64,000 bases of DNA from NCBI GenBank assembly GCA_965209055.1, contig OZ242374.1:960001-1024000 (forward strand), read 5' to 3'. Within the stretch, counting starts at the first letter, position 1. Every line of letters starts with the position of its first letter. The notes below the pieces were generated by a model. The model saw only the letters and a program-made list of their open reading frames with translations. It searched no databases and had not been told where the DNA came from. Below, piece by piece: positions 38,640-49,922 of this stretch. The translations under genes were made by a program, and so were the position numbers. The DNA is from Acidobacteriota bacterium (GTDB taxonomy: Bacteria; Acidobacteriota; UBA6911; RPQK01; JAJDTT01).

Positions 38640-38867
38640 GAGACCTCCCGTGCCGGGGTCCAACCGGTCCGGCGCCAGGCTGAAGAGACTGTAGAGTCTG
38701 CTGCCGGCAGTTCCCGGCAACAATCCCCGGCAGCACCGATATCGGAATGTGCCCGGATGTTCATTGAAACTCGGGGCCATTTTCCGCGTATATACTTTTA
38801 GTGTGACCGCGGCTTCACAAAGTCGGTGCGAACGTAGCACAGCTCATGCGCCGCGGAACCATCTGCA

Positions 38868-39356
38868 ATGAGCGATTCAGAGCAACGGGACGCGCACCGG
38901 CAAGAGTTGCCGAGTGAACTGGAGGGAAAGGGATTCGACAAGGAATTCGAGATGTCTTTCGGGAGCAATATTCAGTTTCTCGATCTGGTGCAGGAGATCT
39001 CCCAGAGCATCACTCGAATGGCCGGATTCGATGACGAGGCAAGCCATTGGATTTGCTTGTCGATCCGCGAATCGGTGACCAATGCCATCCAGCACGGAAA
39101 TCAAGAGGATGAGAGCAAGAGGGTGGGCGTCCGATTCCGTATCGATCGCCACCGTCTTCTCATCAGCATCTCAGATCAGGGACCTGGTTTTGACGAATCC
39201 TCGCTGCCGGACCCGCTGGATACCGGGAATCTGCTGAAACCCTCGGGCCGCGGGGTGTTCTTTGTCCATACCTTCATGGACAAAGTGACCTATCGGAATC
39301 TCAGGCAGGGGGGATTCGAAGTTACAATGGAGAAGTGGATCAAACACACGACGTGA
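38868..39356 (+). CDS. RsbW-like anti-sigma factor / serine kinase (HATPase_c)
   Basis: ESVTNAIQHGN, DQGPGFD, GRGVF. Confidence 0.9.
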   Translation: MSDSEQRDAHRQELPSELEGKGFDKEFEMSFGSNIQFLDLVQEISQSITRMAGFDDEASHWICLSIRESVTNAIQHGNQEDESKRVGVRFRIDRHRLLISISDQGPGFDESSLPDPLDTGNLLKPSGRGVFFVHTFMDKVTYRNLRQGGFEVTMEKWIKHTT

Positions 39357-39366
39357 GGAGGTAATC

Positions 39367-39705
39367 ATGAGCATCGCGACCAGAAACGTGCACGGCGTCA
39401 CCATCCTGGATGTCCAGGGCAGGATCACCATCGGCGAAGAGAGCGCACTGATACGGAATACCATACGGGGATTGGTCCAGTCGGGGCAGAAGAATCTACT
39501 CATGAACCTGGCCGATGTCCGCACGGTGGACAGCATCGGGATCGGCGAGCTGGTGAGCTCGTACACTCACGTTGCAGACCAGGGAGGAGCGCTCAAGCTT
39601 CTCCATCTGACCAAGAGGACCCGGGAGCTGCTGGCCATCACCAAGCTTCTGACCGTTTTCGATACCTTCGAAAACGAGGCTGACGCGGTCGCCAGTTTCG
39701 CCTGA
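39367..39705 (+). CDS. STAS-domain anti-anti-sigma factor (RsbV-like)
   Basis: VDSIGIGELV phosphorylation motif; GAGG ribosome-binding site. Confidence 0.9.
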   Translation: MSIATRNVHGVTILDVQGRITIGEESALIRNTIRGLVQSGQKNLLMNLADVRTVDSIGIGELVSSYTHVADQGGALKLLHLTKRTRELLAITKLLTVFDTFENEADAVASFA

Positions 39706-39729
39706 TCGCTATCAGCCGAGGAGGCTCCC

Positions 39730-39757
39730 CCACCGGGCGCCGGCCGGCGCCCGGTGG
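39730..39757. terminator. Perfect 28-bp palindrome (GC hairpin) between the convergent STAS gene and rseP
   Basis: CCACCGGGCGCCGGCCGGCGCCCGGTGG is its own reverse complement. Confidence 0.55.
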
Positions 39758-39768
39758 AGTCAGGAGAG

Positions 39769-39876
39769 AAAAAAAGGGATCGAGTCAGTCCGGCTGCCGT
39801 TTCCGTGAGGAGACCACTCTCGACCGTGGTCTCCTCTACGAGGAAACGACGCGCCCTTCTTCACTCCCTCGATTTC
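39769..39876. ncRNA. Candidate rod-shaped structured RNA or 3'UTR element
   Basis: Nested stems GAGGAGACCAC/GTGGTCTCCTC, CGTTTCC/GGAAACG and ATCGAG/CTCGAT; T7 tract on the minus strand. Confidence 0.4.
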
Positions 39877-41196
39877 TCAAAAGGGCAGATTCTTGGAGAG
39901 GTCGTTGAAGAGAATGACCCCCATCAGCAGGATCAGGAAAATAAAGCCGGCCTGAAAGATCCGTTCTTTCACCTTCATGCTGAGGTCCCTGCCGATGAGC
40001 CCCTCGATGGCCAACATGGCGATGAGGCCTCCGTCCAGTACGGGGATGGGAAAGAGGTTCAGGATGCCCAGGTTCAGGGACACCAGGGCCATGAATCCCA
40101 TCAGGGGAACCAACCCTCCCGACGCGGCGGCCCCCGAATAGCGGGCGATATCGATGGGACCTGACATGCTCCGGAGGGAGGCCCTGCCGGTCACGATCTT
40201 GCCGATGACCTTACCGATCAACAGGACTATTTCTCCGTTTCTCCGGATCGACAGGGCCAGGGACTCCACGATTCCGTACTTCTCGACGCGGACGGGGGGG
40301 CCTCGCTCGACACCGATCAGAACCCTGCCGTCGATCTTCGCCGGGCGAATGGTGGCCTCCAGGAACTCTTCGCCCCTCCGCAGCTTGAACAGCAACGGCT
40401 CTCCTTCGCGTTCCGACACGAACGGCGAGATGGCAGAGGGTTCATCGACGGCACCATTCTCTCCCCGGACCGCCAGGATCTCGTCACCCGGCTTCAATCC
40501 GGCGGCTTGCGCCGGCGAGCCTTCCATGGTTCCGGTGATGATGAATGGGATCCAGGGCTCCACTCCGATGGTTCCGATCTCGCCTCTTTCCGACGCCGCG
40601 GCGACCAGCACCCGTTTATCGATTCGTTTCCCTCCCCGGTCGAGAGTCAGGCGAAGGCTCTGCCCGGGACTCGTGGCGATGGCGATCTCGGCATCCTGCC
40701 AGGTGGACACTTCGTCTCCATCGATGGCCACGATCGTGTCGCGAACCTGAATCCCCGCCGCTACGGCAGGGGAATCGTCGGCCACCGCCCCGATTTCCGC
40801 CGGTCCGGACCGGTAGGCGAGCACCTGGACCCCCAGCGTGTAGGCGGCGGCCGACAGCAGAACGGCCAGGACGATGTTCATCAAGGGGCCGGCCACGGCC
40901 ACGGCGAAACGATGCCGCTTGGGGTGGGCCAGAAACTCGTCGCCGGAACCAGTGAACGACTCGTCGTAGTTCTCTCCGGCCATCTTGACGTAACCGCCCA
41001 GGGGCAAAATGCTCACCCGGTAGTCGGTGTCGCCACGGCGAAACCCCGCCAGCCTGGGGCCGAATCCGAGGGAGAACACGTCGACGCGAATGCCCAGGTA
41101 CTTGGCAACCGCGTAATGTCCCAACTCGTGGACGAAGATCATGACCCCCAAGACAAAAATGAAGGCCAGCAGGGTGGTCCCGAAATCACCGATCAT
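39877..41196 (-). CDS. rseP: RIP metalloprotease RseP with two PDZ domains
   Basis: HELGH, PLGGYVKM, AGPLMN, NLFPIPVLDGG. Confidence 0.95.
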   Translation of the reverse strand: MIGDFGTTLLAFIFVLGVMIFVHELGHYAVAKYLGIRVDVFSLGFGPRLAGFRRGDTDYRVSILPLGGYVKMAGENYDESFTGSGDEFLAHPKRHRFAVAVAGPLMNIVLAVLLSAAAYTLGVQVLAYRSGPAEIGAVADDSPAVAAGIQVRDTIVAIDGDEVSTWQDAEIAIATSPGQSLRLTLDRGGKRIDKRVLVAAASERGEIGTIGVEPWIPFIITGTMEGSPAQAAGLKPGDEILAVRGENGAVDEPSAISPFVSEREGEPLLFKLRRGEEFLEATIRPAKIDGRVLIGVERGPPVRVEKYGIVESLALSIRRNGEIVLLIGKVIGKIVTGRASLRSMSGPIDIARYSGAAASGGLVPLMGFMALVSLNLGILNLFPIPVLDGGLIAMLAIEGLIGRDLSMKVKERIFQAGFIFLILLMGVILFNDLSKNLPF

Positions 41197-41351
41197 CTGC
41201 AAAGGAATCTCGCCTTTCTGACAGGGCTCCAGGGACGGAACTCGGTATCCCTGCGACCCGCCGTCTCAATCGTAAACGACATTCGCTCCAACTCTCGGAT
41301 CCTCAAACGTGCCGCAGCCCGCTTGGGTTCCTCGTTCTCCCCCGCGGGCAG

Positions 41352-42503
41352 TCAGATTCTGGCCAGAGCCAGTTCGTTCGCCACGCGCCGGGACCTCCGG
41401 TCCGCTTCCAGTACGACTTCCAGGGAATCGGGTTCCTGTGGCCGGTGCCGGTCCAGCACTCCCTCGATCGTGGCGGGGATATCCCGAAAAGGAATTCGTT
41501 CCTCCAGAAATAGTCCGACGGCCACTTCGTTGGCGGCATTGAGGGCCGCGGGGTAGGTCCGTCCCTCTTGCAGAGCCGCTCCGGCCAAGCGCAGGCAGGG
41601 AAACTTGACGGGGTCCGGCGGATGGAACGCCAGCGGCGTCAACGCGAACAGGTCCAGGGACGGGACCGGCAGGCTGCAGCGGTCCGGGTAGCTCAGGGCG
41701 TAGCCGATGGGAAGACGCATGTCGGTGATTCCCAGTTGGGCCATGATGGCCCCGTCCACGAACTCCACCATGGAGTGAATCATCGATTGGGGATGGATCA
41801 CGATTTCCACCTGCCCCGGCGGCAGGCCGAAAAGATGGTGCGCTTCGATCACCTCCAGACCCTTGTTCATGAGCGTGGCCGAGTCCACGGTGATCTTGGG
41901 TCCCATCTTCCAGGTCGGATGGTTCAAGGCCTCCTGTACCGTCACGTCGCTCAGCTCCCGGAGCGACTTGCCAAAGAAGGGGCCGCCGGAAGCGGTGAGC
42001 AGAATTCGCTTGACCTGGGCTTTCCGCTCCCCATTGAGACATTGGTGAATGGCGCTGTGCTCGCTGTCGACGGGCAGCAGGCGGACCCTTGCGTCCCGGA
42101 CCTCCCGCATCACCAACTCCCCCGCCATCACCAACGTCTCTTTGTTGGCCAGAGCCACGTCCCGGCCCGCCAGGATGGCGGCCAAGGTGGGAATCAGACC
42201 CGCGGCACCGGTAATGGCTGCCACCACTATTCCCGCTTCCACTTCGGCGGCCAGTTTCGACACCCCTTCCTGCCCCTCCCAAACCGGCGTCCCCGGAAGT
42301 CGCTGCCGGAGCCACGCCGCCTGCTCACGATCATGAAGGGCGACGGCGAGCGGAGAATATTTCCGGGCCTGTTCCAGGAGTCGAGCGGCATTTCTTCGCG
42401 CCGCCAACCCCACGATCCGGAACTGATCCGGGTTCAGATCGACCAGACTCAGCGTGCTGCGTCCAACGGAACCCGTAGAGCCCAGAATCGAAATTTTCTT
42501 CAT
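41352..42503 (-). CDS. dxr: 1-deoxy-D-xylulose-5-phosphate reductoisomerase
   Basis: LGSTGSVG, LANKE, PVDSEHSA, LTASGGPF, HPTWKMG, MNKGLE. Confidence 0.97.
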   Translation of the reverse strand: MKKISILGSTGSVGRSTLSLVDLNPDQFRIVGLAARRNAARLLEQARKYSPLAVALHDREQAAWLRQRLPGTPVWEGQEGVSKLAAEVEAGIVVAAITGAAGLIPTLAAILAGRDVALANKETLVMAGELVMREVRDARVRLLPVDSEHSAIHQCLNGERKAQVKRILLTASGGPFFGKSLRELSDVTVQEALNHPTWKMGPKITVDSATLMNKGLEVIEAHHLFGLPPGQVEIVIHPQSMIHSMVEFVDGAIMAQLGITDMRLPIGYALSYPDRCSLPVPSLDLFALTPLAFHPPDPVKFPCLRLAGAALQEGRTYPAALNAANEVAVGLFLEERIPFRDIPATIEGVLDRHRPQEPDSLEVVLEADRRSRRVANELALARI

Positions 42504-42546
42504 CTTCTTCCGGGATTCGTCAGGCGATCGAGCGAGCGCGGCGCTG

Positions 42547-42581
42547 AACAGCCCGTGGTAAAAGTCGTCACGGCATTCGAC
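42547..42581 (+). mobile_element. Isolated MITE left end inside the cdsA-dxr spacer
   Basis: 34/35 identity to 37736-37770. Confidence 0.75.
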
Positions 42582-42649
42582 AGTCCAGGGCTAAAATCGA
42601 TGCGGCCTTTCAGGCGCGAAGAAACGCGCCAAATAGCCGTCTCAGCGCA

Positions 42650-43429
42650 TCATCCTAGCAGAAAAGACAGGCAATGATAGACGGGGAAAGCGAAGAGCAG
42701 ACTGTCGATCCGGTCCAGAATTCCCCCGTGTCCGGGAATCAGGGAACCGCTGTCCTTGGCGCCGACGGCACGCTTGAGGAGCGACTCGAAGAGATCCCCC
42801 AGGATGGCTCCCAACCCCACCACGACGCCTACCAGCAACAACAATCCCCAATCGGAACGGCCGAGCAGGCCATACCCCAACAATACGGCCAGCGCCGGCG
42901 CGGCGGCGAGACCGGCGGCGAATCCCTCCAGGGACTTCGCCGGGCTCAACCGGGGAATGATGCGGCGGCGTCCCCAGCGCGACCCGACCAGATAAGCTGC
43001 GATGTCGCATGACCAGACGATGGCCAGAATCATGAGCAGCTCGTCGGATCTGCCCCGGTACCCGGCCAGCAACGACACGGGCAGCCCCAGATACAAGAGC
43101 GCCATGAGGCTGGCCGAAGCCGAAGCCAGGGCGTCCCGGTGGTTGGAGAACCGGTAGAGATTGGCGGTGAACAGGAAGAGGCAGGCTCCCAGCAGGTAGG
43201 CCACGACCGCGTTCCCTCCCTGATTCCACACCCAGGGAAGAATCAGGCACGCGGCGATCGCAGGAAGGGGCTTCCTGGCTCCCAAGGGCGCCAGGAGCCG
43301 AAACAGCTCCAGGACTGCGATCAGGAGGATCAGATCCAGGAAGACCAGGAACACCGGGGCGGGCGCCAACACGATAATCAAGAGGACCAGCGGCGCCAGT
43401 ACGGCGACGCTCAGGGTGCGGAGGATCAT
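42650..43429 (-). CDS. cdsA: Phosphatidate cytidylyltransferase
   Basis: DIAAYLVG, LSPAKSLEG, GDLFESLLKR, KDSG, PGHGGILDRIDS. Confidence 0.95.
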   Translation of the reverse strand: MILRTLSVAVLAPLVLLIIVLAPAPVFLVFLDLILLIAVLELFRLLAPLGARKPLPAIAACLILPWVWNQGGNAVVAYLLGACLFLFTANLYRFSNHRDALASASASLMALLYLGLPVSLLAGYRGRSDELLMILAIVWSCDIAAYLVGSRWGRRRIIPRLSPAKSLEGFAAGLAAAPALAVLLGYGLLGRSDWGLLLLVGVVVGLGAILGDLFESLLKRAVGAKDSGSLIPGHGGILDRIDSLLFAFPVYHCLSFLLG

Positions 43430-44217
43430 CTGGCGCCTTGCAGGGAACGGGATCGGATTCCCCCGTAACGCCGCTCCCGCTTCTGGTAGGCCAGGATCGA
43501 CTCCAGCAGGTGTTGGGACCGGAAGTCCGGCCAGAACACGTCGGTGACGTAGATCTCGGAGTACGCGATCTGCCAGAGCAGAAAGTTGCTGATTCGCATC
43601 TCTCCGCTGGTGCGGATCAAGAGATCAGGATCGGGAAGGTCTCCCGTATAGAGACTCCGCTGCACCTCCAATTCACTCACCCGCCGGGTTCTCCCCTGCA
43701 GGAGCAACGAGTTGAAGGCGTCCACCAGTTCGGCCCGGCCGCTGTAATTCAGCGCCAGGACCATTTTCATCCCCCGGTTGAATCGGGACTCCTCCTCGAC
43801 GTGCCGCAACTCCCTCCGGACCGAGCGGGGAAGCTCGTGGATCCGTCCAATGGCGTGGAAACGAATGTCGTTTTCCTGGATTTCCGGCAACTCCTTCCGC
43901 AGATATTCCTTGAGCAGCTCCATCAAGGTATTGACCTCGCTCATGGGCCGCTTCCAGTTCTCCACCGAGAAGGCGTAGAGGGTCAGCACCGGGATGTTGA
44001 GCCGGACGCTGGTCTCGACCGTAGCCCGAACCGCCTTGATCCCGGCGGTGTGGCCCTTGACCCGGGGCAGTCCCCGCTGCCGGGCCCAGCGGCCGTTACC
44101 ATCCATGATGATGGCCACATGGCGGGGCAACTTGCGTGGATCGAGTTGCGCCAGCAGCCGCGCTTCCAGGCTTCCAGGCTCGACGATGCCGGTGAAGTTC
44201 TCAAAGGGGGGAGTCAT
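43426..44217 (-). CDS. uppS: Undecaprenyl diphosphate synthase
   Basis: HVAIIMDGNGRWA, FSVENWKRP, RTSGEMRISNFLLWQ. Confidence 0.97.
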   Translation of the reverse strand: MTPPFENFTGIVEPGSLEARLLAQLDPRKLPRHVAIIMDGNGRWARQRGLPRVKGHTAGIKAVRATVETSVRLNIPVLTLYAFSVENWKRPMSEVNTLMELLKEYLRKELPEIQENDIRFHAIGRIHELPRSVRRELRHVEEESRFNRGMKMVLALNYSGRAELVDAFNSLLLQGRTRRVSELEVQRSLYTGDLPDPDLLIRTSGEMRISNFLLWQIAYSEIYVTDVFWPDFRSQHLLESILAYQKRERRYGGIRSRSLQGAR

Positions 44218-44283
44218 TGCGGTGGGCTAAATCTACCACAATTCGGAGCGCTCCCGGATGGGACCGAGCGGTGACTGGAGCTT

Positions 44284-45072
44284 TCAATTCCGGTACCACA
44301 CCCGCGCCAGGAACAGGCCATGCGCGGGGGCGGTGGGCCCGGCCAGGCGCCGGTCCCGGGATTCCAGAATCGCGGTCATGTCCGTCGCCGGCCTTTGACC
44401 GTGTCCAATCTGGATCATGGTGCCCGCGAGGTTCCGGACCATGTGATGGAGAAAGCCGTCACCCTCGATTCGGTAGGAAAAGTGCCTTCCCTTCCGCCGC
44501 CAACGGGAAACGAAAACGGTTCGGACGCGGTTCTTCACCTGCGACGCCGAGGCCGTAAAGCCGGTGAAATCACGGGTGCCGACGATCAGTTCCGACGCCT
44601 GTTGCATCGCCTCCAGGGAGAGGGGGCGGTAGACCTGCAGCACCCTGCCCTCCAGAAACGGAGAGAGTATGGGGCCGTTGTAGAGACGATAGATGTAGCG
44701 TTTCCGCGTCGCGTCCTTCTGGGCATGAAAGGCGTCGGAAGCCACGCTCAACCGGAGCACCCGAATCCGGGAGGGGAGAACGCCGTTGAGAGATTTCAGC
44801 AGGCGGTCGGGCGTCCGTTGACGACGGAGCCTGAAGTGCGCCACCTGGCCCAGGGCATGCACCCCGGCATCGGTTCTCCCGGCGCCCACGACGGAGACGG
44901 TCTCGCCCGTGATCCGGGCCAGCGCGGCTTCGAGGGTTCCGCCGATGGTGGGACGATTCTTCTGGACCTGCCACCCGGAATAACCCTCGGAGCGATACTG
45001 GATCACACAACGATACTTGGTCAAAACCCGTTCGATCCCCCGGTTGCGGACTCTGGCCCACCGAGACGCCAT
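44284..45072 (-). CDS. truA: tRNA pseudouridine(38-40) synthase; true start may be ~50 nt downstream
   Basis: GWQVQ, GAGRTDAGVHALGQ, FLHHMVR, TAPAHGLFL. Confidence 0.95.
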   Translation of the reverse strand: MASRWARVRNRGIERVLTKYRCVIQYRSEGYSGWQVQKNRPTIGGTLEAALARITGETVSVVGAGRTDAGVHALGQVAHFRLRRQRTPDRLLKSLNGVLPSRIRVLRLSVASDAFHAQKDATRKRYIYRLYNGPILSPFLEGRVLQVYRPLSLEAMQQASELIVGTRDFTGFTASASQVKNRVRTVFVSRWRRKGRHFSYRIEGDGFLHHMVRNLAGTMIQIGHGQRPATDMTAILESRDRRLAGPTAPAHGLFLARVWYRN

Positions 45073-45110
45073 GTTACAATAGGCGCCAACAACGACCAGG
45101 AGATCCGCCC

Positions 45111-45863
45111 ATGTCAGGACATTCCAAGTGGCATTCCATTCGGCACAAGAAGGCCGTCGTGGATGCCAAGCGGGGCAAGATGTTCAGCAAGATGATCCGG
45201 GAAATCACCGTGGCGGCCCGTACGGGCGGCGGAGACCCGGACGCCAATCCGCGGCTGCGCACCGCCATTCAGACGGCCAAGGCGGCCAATATGCCCCACG
45301 ACAACATAGAACGAGCGGTCATGAAGGGGACGGGCGAACTCCCGGGCCAGAACTTCGACTCCGTGACCTACGAGGGCTACGGCCCCGGCGGCGTGGCGGT
45401 TCTGATCGAGACGCTGACCGACAACAGGAACCGGACCGTGGCCGAGATCCGGCACATCTTTTCCAAGAACGGCGGGAGCCTGGGAGAGACGGGCAGCGTT
45501 CTATGGATGTTCGAGAAGCGGGGATACTTCGGGGTGCCCAGCGACTCCGTCTCGGAAGAAACGCTGTTGGAGGTGGTGCTGGACGCCGGGGCCGACGATC
45601 TCCAGACCGAAGGCGACACGCTGGCCGTCTACACTCCGTTCGAGAACTTCGAGCAGGTGCGGCAGGAACTGGAAGCGTCCAACATCCCCACGGAGTCGAG
45701 TCAGATCACCATGCTTCCCCAGAATTCCCTCAGGATGGAAGGCAAGATGGCGGGAAAGATGTTGAAACTGATGGACGCCCTCGAGGACCACGACGACGTC
45801 CAGCATGTCTACGCCAACTTCGACATCGACGAACAGGAGATGGAGGCGCTTCTCCAGACCTGA
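45111..45863 (+). CDS. yebC: YebC/PmpR family protein
   Basis: MSGHSKW, NPRLR, YEGYGPGG, TDNRNRT, DDVQHVYAN. Confidence 0.96.
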   Translation: MSGHSKWHSIRHKKAVVDAKRGKMFSKMIREITVAARTGGGDPDANPRLRTAIQTAKAANMPHDNIERAVMKGTGELPGQNFDSVTYEGYGPGGVAVLIETLTDNRNRTVAEIRHIFSKNGGSLGETGSVLWMFEKRGYFGVPSDSVSEETLLEVVLDAGADDLQTEGDTLAVYTPFENFEQVRQELEASNIPTESSQITMLPQNSLRMEGKMAGKMLKLMDALEDHDDVQHVYANFDIDEQEMEALLQT

Positions 45864-46399
45864 TGGGTCAACCCTCGCCCACCATCGTCATGGGCATCGA
45901 TCCGGGGAGCCGCATCACCGGCTACGGGGTCATCTCGATACTCGGGAATCACTGCCGTTGCGTCGACTACGGAGCGATCCGCTGTCATGACCGCAGGCTG
46001 AAGACTCCTTTCGAGCAGCGGCTCAAGACCATCTACCACGAACTTGGGAGCGTACTCCGCCGTCACGCTCCAGCCGTGGTGGCCGTGGAATCGGTCTTTC
46101 ACGCAGTCAATGCCCGCAGCGCTCTCCAGTTGGGACACGCCCGCGGGGTGGTCCTGCTGGCCGCCGCGGAACTGGAGATTCCGCTGTTCGAATACTCTCC
46201 GCGGGAGGTCAAGAAATCGATCTCGGTCACCGGACGGGCGACCAAGGAGGAGGTTCAGACCATGGTCCGGATCCTGCTCAAGCTCAAGGAACGACCCCGG
46301 CCCAACGACGCAGCCGACGCCCTGGCCGTCGCCCTCTGCCATGCCTTCAAGGGAGTATCTTCCCAACGGCTGCAGCAGCAGGCAAGACTTGCCCGCTGA
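45863..46399 (+). CDS. ruvC: Holliday junction resolvase RuvC
   Basis: GIDPG, VAVESVF, LGHARG, DAADALAVALCH; ATG overlaps the yebC stop. Confidence 0.95.
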   Translation: MGQPSPTIVMGIDPGSRITGYGVISILGNHCRCVDYGAIRCHDRRLKTPFEQRLKTIYHELGSVLRRHAPAVVAVESVFHAVNARSALQLGHARGVVLLAAAELEIPLFEYSPREVKKSISVTGRATKEEVQTMVRILLKLKERPRPNDAADALAVALCHAFKGVSSQRLQQQARLAR

Positions 46400-46419
46400 C
46401 CCCTCGTTCCGGGAGACCC

Positions 46420-47040
46420 TCACTCCTGTTTCGCGCCGGAATCGGACTCTCCGCCGGGTGGGGCGTCGACCAGGCGGCCGACTCGGGCTCTTGCAGGACG
46501 CAGGAGCCGGTCCCCGTACCGATAGCCCCTCTGAACCACCTCGACGACCCGTTGATCCAGTTCGGGGTCGGTGACCGGAATGAGCCCTACGGCTTCCGTC
46601 AGATGGGGATCGAAGGGCTGGTTCAACACCTCGATGGGCTCGATCCCCGCCTCCCTGAGCCGATCCAGGAAGAGCCGGAGATTCAACTCCACGCCCTTTC
46701 GGAGCTCTTGCAGGTCGGAACCGCTCTCCGCCGCCTCCAACGCCCGCTCCAGGTTGTCCACCACCTCCAGGAACTGGCTGAGGAGGTCCATTTTGAACCG
46801 GTCCAGGCGCTGTTCCAGGGTCCGTTCAAGACGTTGGCGTAGCGCGTCGTTGTCGGACTCGAGCTGCTCGAGCCTCTGCTTCAGCTTCCGTTCGGCCAAC
46901 TCGGTCCGGGCCTTCAATTCCTCCACGTAAGTGGGATACCGCGTCTCCGGGACCTGCGACCGGTCGATGACCGACTCATCTTCGAGCCAGCTTCGCCGGT
47001 CAGTGACCTGAAACCTTCCTTCACTGTCCTGCTCGGCCAT
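46420..47040 (-). CDS. grpE: Nucleotide exchange factor GrpE
   Basis: VVDNLERAL, FDPHLTEAV, QRGY, LLRPARARV. Confidence 0.9.
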   Translation of the reverse strand: MAEQDSEGRFQVTDRRSWLEDESVIDRSQVPETRYPTYVEELKARTELAERKLKQRLEQLESDNDALRQRLERTLEQRLDRFKMDLLSQFLEVVDNLERALEAAESGSDLQELRKGVELNLRLFLDRLREAGIEPIEVLNQPFDPHLTEAVGLIPVTDPELDQRVVEVVQRGYRYGDRLLRPARARVGRLVDAPPGGESDSGAKQE

Positions 47041-47249
47041 ATCGGGGCTCGCTCCAACGTCGTGTAGAACAGGCGCAGTCTACTACGGCGGGCAGGTGCG
47101 AGTAACCGGGGACCGGCCGTAGACCTCATCCGTGGGGCCGTCATCCGGCGGCACCTTGAAACGGAATATCCGCGAAGGTCCGCGCTTCCTTGCGGTGGTC
47201 GAGGGCCGATCCTATAAGGAGGGGAGACCGGACGGTGGAGGATCGGAAC

Positions 47250-49889
<2,640 letters not shown>

Positions 49890-49922
49890 CCGGGGACCTG
49901 GGCGTGTCGAGCGCCCCAGGAC

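Noticed and set aside
39769-39876. Firm call as SRP RNA or 6S RNA
   Set aside because: It lacks the SRP GNRA-loop helix 8 motif and is shorter than a typical 6S RNA, so it is kept only as an unassigned candidate
45128-46399. 423-aa ORF suggesting a long RuvC or a frameshift fusion with yebC
   Set aside because: The upstream part is an alternative frame of yebC; ruvC has its own ATG overlapping the yebC stop
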